Assembly (NCBI GenBank): GCA_034520945.1
Contig: JAXHNB010000001.1
Span: 128,001-192,000, forward strand
Direction of reading: 5' to 3'
DNA from: Trueperaceae bacterium
GTDB taxonomy: Bacteria > Deinococcota > Deinococci > Deinococcales > Trueperaceae
DNA length: 64,000 nucleotides
The position numbers and the translations under genes were made by a program. A model generated the notes under the pieces. It saw nothing but the letters and a program-made list of their open reading frames with translations, had not been told where the DNA came from and ran no database searches. Positions 47,568-55,867 of this stretch are shown piece after piece; the stretch's first letter is position 1; every line of letters begins with the position of its first letter.

Positions 47568-49151
47568 GTGCCGGCCGCCCGGGCCCACCAGCCCCCCGCC
47601 CCCCTGCTGGAGATGCGCGGCGTCACCAAGCGCTTTCCCGGCGTGGTGGCCAACGACGCGGTCGACCTCGAGCTCCGCGCCGGCGAAGTGCACGCGCTGC
47701 TCGGCGAGAACGGGGCGGGCAAGACCACCCTCATGCACGTGTTGTACGGGCTGCAGGCCCCCGATGAGGGATCGTTGCTGCTCCGGGGCGCACCGGTCCG
47801 CCTCCGCTCGCCCCGCGACGCCATGGCGCACGGCATCGGGTTGGTCGCCCAGCACTTCAACCTGGCCCGGCGCCACACCGTCGCCGAGAACCTTGCCCTG
47901 GCGGTACCGGGGCTGCCGGCGTTGTTCCCCGCCCGGGCCGTCCGATCGCGCGTGCACGAGGTCGCGACCCGCTACGGCTTCGAGGTCGACCTGGACGCCC
48001 GCGTCGGCGCCCTGTCCCCCGGCGAACGACAACGCGTCGAGATCCTCAAGGCGCTGCTGCAAGGCGCCGAGCTGCTGATCCTCGACGAGCCCACCAGCGT
48101 GCTGACCCCCCAAGAGTCGGGCCGGTTGTTCGAGGTGGTCGGCCGCATGACCGACGAAGGCAAGGGCGTGGTGTTCATCACCCACAAACTCGACGAGGTA
48201 CTCCGCGTCGCGGACCGCATCACCGTGCTGCGCCACGGCAGGGTCGTGGGGCGACGCGACGCCGCCGGGACGACCTCGAGCGAGCTGGCGACGTTGATGG
48301 TGGGCCGCTCGGTGTCGCGCGGGCGCGTTCCCGCCCCGCACGCGCCGGGGGCGGCCCGGCTGCACGTGCGGGACCTCGCGGTGCGCGCCCAAGATGGCAC
48401 CCCCCGGCTGGACGGCGTCTCCTTCGAGCTTCACGGCGGCGAGATCCTCGGCGTGGCCGGCGTGGCCGGCAACGGTCAGGCCGAACTGGCGCAGGTCCTG
48501 ACCGGCCTGATGCGGGCCGAGGGGGGCCGGGTGCACCTGGACGGCCAGGACGTCGCGGGGGCGGGCGTGCGGAGCCTGTTCGAGCGCGGCGTGGTGCACA
48601 TCCCCGAGGACCGCAACGAGATGGGGGTGGTGGGCGCCATGCGCGTGAGCGAGAACCTGGTCCTGCGCCGGCACCGGCAGGCCCCGTTCGCGAAGGGCCG
48701 GCTGCTGGACTGGGGCGAGGTGGGGCGGCACGCGGATGGCGCCATCCGCGACTACGCGATCGACGCCCCCACGCGGAACGCGGTCACGCGCCAGCTGTCC
48801 GGCGGCAACGTGCAGAAGGTGATCCTCGCCCGGGAGCTGGGCGGCGAGCCCGGTCTGGTGGTGGCTTCGCACCCCACCTACGGCCTGGACGTCGCCGCGA
48901 CCGAGCTCACGCACCGGTTGCTGCGCGACCAGCGCGACCGGGGCGCCGCCGTGCTGCTGGTGTCGGAGGACCTCGACGAACTGCTGGAGCTCGCCGACCG
49001 GGTGTTGGTGTTGTTCCAAGGGCGCGTGGCCGGCGTGGTGGACGCCGAGACGGTGCGCCGGGAGGACCTGGGCCTGCTGATGGCCGGCCAGACCGTGGCC
49101 GACGCGGCGACGTCCGCCGGGGACGGGGCGGGGGGCGCGGTCTGGGCGTGA
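47568..49151 (+). CDS. Nucleoside/purine ABC ATPase (two NBDs, CUT2 type)
   Basis: GENGAGKTT, DEPTSVLTPQE, GVAGNGQ, IPEDR, LSGGNVQK. Confidence 0.93.
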   Translation: MPAARAHQPPAPLLEMRGVTKRFPGVVANDAVDLELRAGEVHALLGENGAGKTTLMHVLYGLQAPDEGSLLLRGAPVRLRSPRDAMAHGIGLVAQHFNLARRHTVAENLALAVPGLPALFPARAVRSRVHEVATRYGFEVDLDARVGALSPGERQRVEILKALLQGAELLILDEPTSVLTPQESGRLFEVVGRMTDEGKGVVFITHKLDEVLRVADRITVLRHGRVVGRRDAAGTTSSELATLMVGRSVSRGRVPAPHAPGAARLHVRDLAVRAQDGTPRLDGVSFELHGGEILGVAGVAGNGQAELAQVLTGLMRAEGGRVHLDGQDVAGAGVRSLFERGVVHIPEDRNEMGVVGAMRVSENLVLRRHRQAPFAKGRLLDWGEVGRHADGAIRDYAIDAPTRNAVTRQLSGGNVQKVILARELGGEPGLVVASHPTYGLDVAATELTHRLLRDQRDRGAAVLLVSEDLDELLELADRVLVLFQGRVAGVVDAETVRREDLGLLMAGQTVADAATSAGDGAGGAVWA

Positions 49152-50266
49152 GGCGCACCTGGCGGTGGGAGCGGCGCGGCGAGGTCGGGCCGGCCTGGAC
49201 CTGGGCGGTGTCGCTGGGCGCCGTCGGGGTCGCGATCGTGCTGACGGGCGTGTTGTTCGCCGCGTTCGGGGTGGCGCCGCTGCCGGCGTTCGCGAAGATC
49301 GTCGAGCGCACGCTCATGGACGGACGTGGCCTGTCCGAGGTGGTGCGGCGGTCCATTCCCCTGATGCTGGCGGGGGTGGGGTTGGCGCTCGCGTTCCGGG
49401 CGCGCTTCTGGAACATCGGCGCGGAGGGGCAGCTGCTGATGGGGGGCGTCGCGGCCTCCGGCGTGGCGCTGTTCTCAGGCCTGCCCGGCCTGTTGCTGTT
49501 GCCCGCCATGTTCCTGGCCGGCTTCGCGGCCGGGGCGGCGTGGGGGCTCGGCCCCGCCCTGCTGCGGGTTCGGCTGGGCGTCAACGAGATCATCACCACC
49601 CTGATGCTGAACTACGTCGCGATCTACCTGGTGCGCTGGCTGATCAACGGCCCCTGGAAGGGCCGCAGCCTGAGCGGCTTCGCCTACAGCGACCGCTTCG
49701 ACGCCGCGGCGTGGCTCCCCACCCTGGGCACGACACGCTTGCACTGGCCAACGTTGCTGCTGGCGATCGCGCTGGCGGTGCTGGTGGCGTGGCTGCTGGC
49801 CCGGACCCGCTTCGGGTTCGAGGTCCGGATGATCGGCGAGAGCCGCGAAGCGGCGCGCTACGCCGGCGTCGACTTCTTCAAGACCACCCTGGCGCTGGTC
49901 CTGATCTCGGCCGGAGCCGCCGGCCTGGCCGGCGTCGGCGAGGTCGCCGGCATCCACCACCGCCTGGTCGACCCGAACAGCCTGTCGGTCGGCTACGGCT
50001 ATACCGCCATCATCGTCGCGCTGCTGGCGCGGCGTGACCCGCTGGCGTCGCTGGTGACGGCGGCGTTCCTGGGTTGGGTGGCCGCCAGCGGCGACGTGAT
50101 GCAGGTGGCGCTCGGCCTCCCGAGCCAGATCACCGGCGTCACGCAGGGCCTGGTGCTGCTGGTCATCCTGGCCAGCGAGCCGCTGCTGCGCTACCGCCTG
50201 CGCCGCGTGCCGCGGGCCGGCCCCGCGGGCGGCGCGCCGGACGCGGCGGCAGGGGAGGCGCGCTGA
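49148..50266 (+). CDS. Nucleoside/purine ABC permease
   Basis: WNIGAEGQ, VNEIITTLMLNY, GYGYTAIIVALL. Confidence 0.92.
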   Translation: MRRTWRWERRGEVGPAWTWAVSLGAVGVAIVLTGVLFAAFGVAPLPAFAKIVERTLMDGRGLSEVVRRSIPLMLAGVGLALAFRARFWNIGAEGQLLMGGVAASGVALFSGLPGLLLLPAMFLAGFAAGAAWGLGPALLRVRLGVNEIITTLMLNYVAIYLVRWLINGPWKGRSLSGFAYSDRFDAAAWLPTLGTTRLHWPTLLLAIALAVLVAWLLARTRFGFEVRMIGESREAARYAGVDFFKTTLALVLISAGAAGLAGVGEVAGIHHRLVDPNSLSVGYGYTAIIVALLARRDPLASLVTAAFLGWVAASGDVMQVALGLPSQITGVTQGLVLLVILASEPLLRYRLRRVPRAGPAGGAPDAAAGEAR

Positions 50267-51198
50267 TGGAGCTCGACCTGGCGTTCGCGTTGAGCACCCT
50301 GGCCCGCGCGTTGGCGTTCAGCACGCCGCTGCTGTGGGGCGCCCTCGGCGAGATCGTCGCCGAGCGCGCCGGCGTCGTGAACCTCGGCATGGAGGGGATG
50401 ATGATCATGGGCGCCCTGGCCGGCTTCGTGGTCGGGCAGTCCAGTGGCGATCCGTGGCTGGGGTTGCTGGCCGCCGCGGCCGCGGGCGCGGCCGCCGCCG
50501 CGCTGCACGCCCTGCTGGCGGTGGGGATCCGCGCCAACCAGTACGTCTCGGGGCTGGCGATCACCATCTTCGGCCTCGGCCTCTCCGGCCTGATCGGGCG
50601 GGCGTGGGTAGGGCGTCCCCTGCAGAACCCCATGGAGTTCGTCTCGCTGCCGCTGCTGTCCGACCTGCCGGTGGTGGGCGCGGCGTTGTTCGAGGGGCAG
50701 TACGTGCTGACCTGGCTGGGCCTGCTGGCCGCGGTGGCGCTGTGGTTCGCGCTGTACCACACGCGGTGGGGGCTGATCGTTCGCACCGTGGGCGAGAACC
50801 CCGCCGCCGCCGACGCGGTCGGCATTCCCGTGTCGTGGGTACGGACCGGGGCGGTGGTGTTCGGCGGGGTGATGGCCGGCGTCGCCGGCGGGTTCCTGTC
50901 GCTGGCGTACCGGCCGTCGTGGGGGCAGGGCATGACCAACGGGCTGGGCTGGATCGCGTTGGCGTTGGCGATCTTCGCGTTGTGGGACCCGCTGCGCGCC
51001 ATCTTCGCCGCGCTGCTGTTCGGGGCGCTGTTCACGCTCAGCTTCAGCCTGCAGGACCGCTTCGCGCCGCAACTGTTGACCATGATGCCGTACCTGTTCA
51101 CCATCCTCGCGCTCAGCCTCACCGCGCTCCGCAAGGGCGGACGCGCGCTCGGCGCGCCCGAAGCGCTGGGCGAACCGTACGCCCGAGGCGAGCGATGA
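50266..51198 (+). CDS. Nucleoside/purine ABC permease
   Basis: ERAGVVNLGMEG, GENPAAADAVG, GLGWIALAL, APEALG. Confidence 0.92.
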   Translation: MELDLAFALSTLARALAFSTPLLWGALGEIVAERAGVVNLGMEGMMIMGALAGFVVGQSSGDPWLGLLAAAAAGAAAAALHALLAVGIRANQYVSGLAITIFGLGLSGLIGRAWVGRPLQNPMEFVSLPLLSDLPVVGAALFEGQYVLTWLGLLAAVALWFALYHTRWGLIVRTVGENPAAADAVGIPVSWVRTGAVVFGGVMAGVAGGFLSLAYRPSWGQGMTNGLGWIALALAIFALWDPLRAIFAALLFGALFTLSFSLQDRFAPQLLTMMPYLFTILALSLTALRKGGRALGAPEALGEPYARGER

Positions 51199-51296
51199 TC
51201 CCCCTCTTCCAGGCCTTCCGCCGCGCAGCGCGTGGCCAGGGCACGTCCGCCGTTCTTCGAAACGCCCCCCGCCCCACCTCGACCGGAGGTCCCCAC

Positions 51297-52451
51297 ATGC
51301 GCCGCATCCTGTTCGCGCTCCTCGCATTCGCGCTCCTTTCCCCCGCCCTCGCCCAGAACGACGACCCGCTGAAGGTCGCCTTCATCTACGTCGGTCCCGT
51401 CGGCGACTACGGCTGGACCTACGCCCACGACCTGGGCCGCCAAGAGCTCCAGGAACACTTCGGGGACCGGATCGAGACGGTGTACGTCGAGTCCGTGCCC
51501 GAACCCGAGGTCGAGCCGTTCATCGACCAGCTGGTCGCAGGCGGCGCCGACGTAATCTTCGCCACCAGCTTCGGGTACGGCGACGGCGTGCTGGCCGCCG
51601 CCCAGCGCTACCCCGACGTGATCTTCGGCTGGGCCACCGGCGTCCAGCGCGCCCCCAACGTGCTGACCTACATGGCCGACTTCTACCAGGTGTACTACCT
51701 CAACGGCCTGATCGCCGGCGCCCTGACCGAAACCAGCACCCTCGGCTACGTCGCGGCGTTCCCCATCCCGGAGGTCAAGCGCCACATCGACGCCTTCGCC
51801 CTTGGGGCCCGCGAGGTCGACCCCGACGCCGAGGTCGTGGTGCGCTGGCTGTACCAGTGGTTCGACCCGGCCGGCGCCGCCGAGGCCACCGAAGCGCTGA
51901 TGGGCGCAGGCGCCGACGTGCTGGCGTTCACCGAGGACACCCCGACCGTCATTCAGACCGCCGCCGACCGCGGGCACCCCAGCTTCTCGCACTACGCCTC
52001 GATGGTGGAGTTCAGCCCCGACACCGTCGTCTCCGGGCAGTTGGTGTACTGGGAGACCCTGTACATCGACATTATCGAGAAGGTGCTGGACGGCACCTAC
52101 ACCAGCGAAAACCTGCAGGATGTCGACTACTTCTGGCTGTTGGAACAGGGCGCCGTCGAACTGGGCGCGGAGCCGGGCGTGCCGGTCGCCGAGCCGTTCG
52201 TGGACGACCTCCGCGCCGTGGAGATCGACCATCCCGAGTTCGGCGCCATCGACGCCTACGAGCTGGTGATGGAACGCAACGCCCAGATGAAACGCGGCCG
52301 CGAGGTGTTCGACCCGTTCGAAGGGCCGATCCGCGACCGCAACGGCAACCTGGTGTACGAAGAGGGGCACCTGCCCTCGATCGACGAACTGCTGGGCATC
52401 GAGTGGGCCGCCGAGAACGTGGTCGGCCCCTGGGACAACGAACCGGAGTAG
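51297..52451 (+). CDS. BMP-family substrate-binding protein (purine-binding type)
   Basis: KVAFIYVGPVGDYGWTYAHDLGR, IFATSFGY, FPIPEV, WFDP; GGAGG RBS. Confidence 0.93.
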   Translation: MRRILFALLAFALLSPALAQNDDPLKVAFIYVGPVGDYGWTYAHDLGRQELQEHFGDRIETVYVESVPEPEVEPFIDQLVAGGADVIFATSFGYGDGVLAAAQRYPDVIFGWATGVQRAPNVLTYMADFYQVYYLNGLIAGALTETSTLGYVAAFPIPEVKRHIDAFALGAREVDPDAEVVVRWLYQWFDPAGAAEATEALMGAGADVLAFTEDTPTVIQTAADRGHPSFSHYASMVEFSPDTVVSGQLVYWETLYIDIIEKVLDGTYTSENLQDVDYFWLLEQGAVELGAEPGVPVAEPFVDDLRAVEIDHPEFGAIDAYELVMERNAQMKRGREVFDPFEGPIRDRNGNLVYEEGHLPSIDELLGIEWAAENVVGPWDNEPE

Positions 52452-52526
52452 CGCACCCCCCGCTTTGCCGCACGCCGCGCCGGTCCGCATGGGCCGGCGC
52501 GGCGCCCATTCGCGCTACCCTCGGGC

Positions 52527-54389
52527 ATGGCCCCGCCCGACGCCGAAGCCAGCCCCACCGGCCTGCCCACGCTGGACGAGGTGCAGTACGCCGTCGCCGT
52601 CGCGGCCGCGCGCACGCCCGCCGACCTGCGCCTGTCCGGCGCGCGGGTCCTGGACCCGTTCACCGGCGGCCTCCGCCCCGCCGACGTCCTCCTGGCCGGC
52701 CGCCTGATCGCCGCGGTCGTGCCCGTGGGGGGCGACCCGAACGGAGAGGCGCCGGGGGGCCGCGACCCGGAGCGGGTCCGCCCCGACGCGGCCCGCACCG
52801 TCGAACTGGACGGCGGCGTGCTCTCGCCGGGCCTGCTCGACGGGCACATGCACCTCGAGTCGTCGCTGGTCGGCCCCGCCTCCTACGCCGAGGCGGTACT
52901 GCCCCGCGGCGTGACCGGCGTCGTCTGCGACCCGCACGAGGTGGCCAACGTCGCCGGCGAGGCGGGCGTACGTTGGTTGCTGGCGCGCGCCGCGGGTCTG
53001 CCCTTCGACGTGTGGGTCACCGTCCCCTCCTGCGTGCCCTCCACGGCGCTCGAGACGGCTGGGGCTGCGCTGGGTCCGGACGCGATCGAGCGCCTGATGG
53101 CGTTGCCGAACGCGGTCGGGCTGGCCGAGCTGATGAGCTTCCCGCAGGTCATCGCCGGCGACGCGGAGGTGCTGGCGAAGGCCGTCGCCGCCGAGCGGTG
53201 GGGCGGCACCATCGAAGGGCACGGCCCCGGTCTGGGCGGGGCCCGCTTGCAGGCCTACCTGGCCAGCGGCGTCGGCAGCGAGCACGAGGCCGCGAACCCC
53301 GACGAGGCGATGGAGAAGCTGCGCGCGGGCGTCTTCCTGTGGGTCCGGGAAGGTTCGGTCGCCCGCGACGCGCGTGCGCTGGCACCGCTGGTCCGGACCT
53401 CGCACCGGGGACGGTTCGGGTTCTGCACCGACGATCAGCTTCCTCACGACCTGCTTCGCGAAGGCGGCGTCGACCACGCGCTGCGGACCGTGTGCGGCGT
53501 GGGCGCCGACCCGATCGAGGCGCTGATCGGTGGCACCTGGAGCGCGGCGCGGCACTACCGCTTACCGCGCCGCGGCGCGGTCGCCCCCGGCATGCTGGCC
53601 GACCTGGTGCATTGGCGTGGCGAGCTGGCCGCGTTCGACGCGGACCGCGTCTGGAAGGAGGGCCGGACGGTGGCGCGCGGGGGGCGGCCGACAGGGTCGC
53701 TGCAGGAGGCGTCGCCGGCCCGGAATGATGCGTCGTTGGCGCGATCGGTGTCGCTGCCGAGCGACGTGGCGGACCGCCTGGACCAAGCGCTCCGGTTCAA
53801 AGGCGACGCGGACCCGGCGGCCCCCGCCCCCGTGATCGGCGTACGGCCTGGGAGCCTGCTGACCGACGCGGAGGAGGCCGTGCCTGGCGCCGAGAACGAC
53901 CGTCTGGCTTCCGACCCCGACCGGGACCTGGCGCTGCTGGTTTGCGCCGAGCGGCACGGCGTGCACGGTCGTGTGGCCGCGACGCAGGTGCGCGGCTTCG
54001 GGTTGCGCCGCGGCGCACTGGCCGCCAGCGTCGGGCACGACCACCACAACCTGATGGCGGTCGGGATCGAACCGGCGCAGGTCGTGGCGGCGCTGCGCCG
54101 CTTGGCGCGCAGCGGGGGTGGCCTGGTCGTCGTCGACGGCGACGCCACCGTCGCCGAGCTGCCCCTGCCGCTGGGCGGGCTGCTGAGCGACGCCCCGCTT
54201 CACGAGGTGCGCGACGCGCTGGACGGCCTGGACGCCGCGGCCGCCGCGTTGGGGTGCACCCTGGAGGCGCCGTTGATGGCGCTGTCGTTCCTCGGCCTGG
54301 CGGTCATTCCGGCGCGCAAGCTGACCGACCACGGCCTGGTCGACGTGAACGAGGGCCGGTTGGTGCCGCAGCCGTGGGGGGTAGCCTGA
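52527..54389 (+). CDS. ade: Adenine deaminase
   Basis: DGHMHLESS, DPHEVANV, PSCVP, LAELM, EGH, HE, REGS, CTDD, SVGHDHHN, LAVIP..KLTD. Confidence 0.93.
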   Translation: MAPPDAEASPTGLPTLDEVQYAVAVAAARTPADLRLSGARVLDPFTGGLRPADVLLAGRLIAAVVPVGGDPNGEAPGGRDPERVRPDAARTVELDGGVLSPGLLDGHMHLESSLVGPASYAEAVLPRGVTGVVCDPHEVANVAGEAGVRWLLARAAGLPFDVWVTVPSCVPSTALETAGAALGPDAIERLMALPNAVGLAELMSFPQVIAGDAEVLAKAVAAERWGGTIEGHGPGLGGARLQAYLASGVGSEHEAANPDEAMEKLRAGVFLWVREGSVARDARALAPLVRTSHRGRFGFCTDDQLPHDLLREGGVDHALRTVCGVGADPIEALIGGTWSAARHYRLPRRGAVAPGMLADLVHWRGELAAFDADRVWKEGRTVARGGRPTGSLQEASPARNDASLARSVSLPSDVADRLDQALRFKGDADPAAPAPVIGVRPGSLLTDAEEAVPGAENDRLASDPDRDLALLVCAERHGVHGRVAATQVRGFGLRRGALAASVGHDHHNLMAVGIEPAQVVAALRRLARSGGGLVVVDGDATVAELPLPLGGLLSDAPLHEVRDALDGLDAAAAALGCTLEAPLMALSFLGLAVIPARKLTDHGLVDVNEGRLVPQPWGVA

Positions 54390-54393
54390 GGGT

Positions 54394-55740
54394 GTGACCA
54401 CGCTGTTGGCCGGCCACCTGCTGCACGTGCCGCGCGACCCCTTCGCCGCCGGCGCGGCACCCGCCGGGGCCGGCGCGCTGGAGGCGGTACAGGACGGCGC
54501 GATCGCCGTTCGAGACGGCCGGATCGTGGCCACGGGCCCTGCTGGCGACCTGCGCGCCCGCTTCCCCGACGCGCCGCTGGAGCAGACGGGCGGGTACATG
54601 TTGCCCGGCCTGGTGGACGGACACGTGCACTACCCCCAACTGCCGGTGATGGGCGTGATGGGGCTGCGGCTGCTGGACTGGTTGCGGCGGCGCACCCTGC
54701 CGTTCGAGACGCGCTACGCCGACGCCGACTTCGCCCGGGCGCAGGCCCGGACCTTCCTGGGCGCGCTGGCGCGCAACGGCACCACCAGCGCCATGGTGTT
54801 CGGCGCGCACCAGCCGGACGCGATGGCGGCGTTCTTCGAGGAGGCGGCCGCCTCGGGCCTGCGCGTCACCGCCGGCCTGACACTGGGCGACCGGGAACTC
54901 CCGCCGGCGCTGCAGCTGCCACCGGCCGAGGCGGTCCGGGCGTCGCGCGAGCTGATCGCACGCTGGCACGGCCGCGGGCGTCTACGCTACGCCGTCACGC
55001 CGCGCTTCGCGGTGGCGACCAGCGACGCCATGCTGGCGGCATGCGGCGAGCTTCTGGGCTCGCACCAGGACCTCTGGTTCACGACGCACCTGAACGAAAC
55101 CCCGGACGAGATCGCCTACGTGCGGGCGGCGTTCCCCGCGGCGCGCGACTACCTGGACGCCTACGACCGCCACGGCCTGATCGGCCCGCGCAGCGTGCTG
55201 GCGCACGACGTGCACCCTGCAGAGCGGGAGCTGGCCCGGCTGGGCGAGAGCCGCGCGGTGGTGTGCCACTGCCCGGGATCGAACCAGTTCATCGGCAGCG
55301 GGCTGTTCCCCATGCGGCGGCACCTGGCCCACGGCGTGCGGCTGATGCTGGGCAGCGACGTCGGCGGCGGACCGGGCTTCGGCATGCCCGGCGAGGCGCG
55401 CACCGCCTACCAGACGCAGATGTTGTTGGGCGAGGAAGGGGCCCCGCTGGACGCCGAACGCCTGTTGTGGCTGCTCACCGCGGGCGGCGCCGCGGCGTTG
55501 GGGCTGAGTGATCAGGTGGGCGATCTGTCGCCCGGCAAGGAGGCGGACCTGGTGGTCCTGCGCCCGCCCGCGCACGGCACGCTGGCGGCGCGCCTCCAGC
55601 ACGCCGTCGACGCCGAGGACGCTCTGGCCGCGCTGCTCGCCCTCTCCAGCGAGGCGGACGTGGCCCGAACGCTGGTGGCGGGCGAGACGGTGTGGGACGC
55701 CCGCACCGCGGGTGCCGGCGAGGTCGCGCCGCCGGCCTGA
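54394..55740 (+). CDS. guaD: Guanine deaminase
   Basis: DGHVHYPQ, LLDWL, YAVTPRFA, THLNE, HCPGSN, GSDVGGG, GKEAD. Confidence 0.93.
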   Translation: MTTLLAGHLLHVPRDPFAAGAAPAGAGALEAVQDGAIAVRDGRIVATGPAGDLRARFPDAPLEQTGGYMLPGLVDGHVHYPQLPVMGVMGLRLLDWLRRRTLPFETRYADADFARAQARTFLGALARNGTTSAMVFGAHQPDAMAAFFEEAAASGLRVTAGLTLGDRELPPALQLPPAEAVRASRELIARWHGRGRLRYAVTPRFAVATSDAMLAACGELLGSHQDLWFTTHLNETPDEIAYVRAAFPAARDYLDAYDRHGLIGPRSVLAHDVHPAERELARLGESRAVVCHCPGSNQFIGSGLFPMRRHLAHGVRLMLGSDVGGGPGFGMPGEARTAYQTQMLLGEEGAPLDAERLLWLLTAGGAAALGLSDQVGDLSPGKEADLVVLRPPAHGTLAARLQHAVDAEDALAALLALSSEADVARTLVAGETVWDARTAGAGEVAPPA

Positions 55741-55867
55741 AGCCCGCGTCGCAGGCCCCGCCCGCCGCTGTCAAGTTGGTTACGGCACCCTCCTGACCTC
55801 GAACCGTAGCCTGCCCTCGGGGCACGTACGCAGGGCGACTCGGCCGGGGGCGCCGGGAAGGCGGCAG

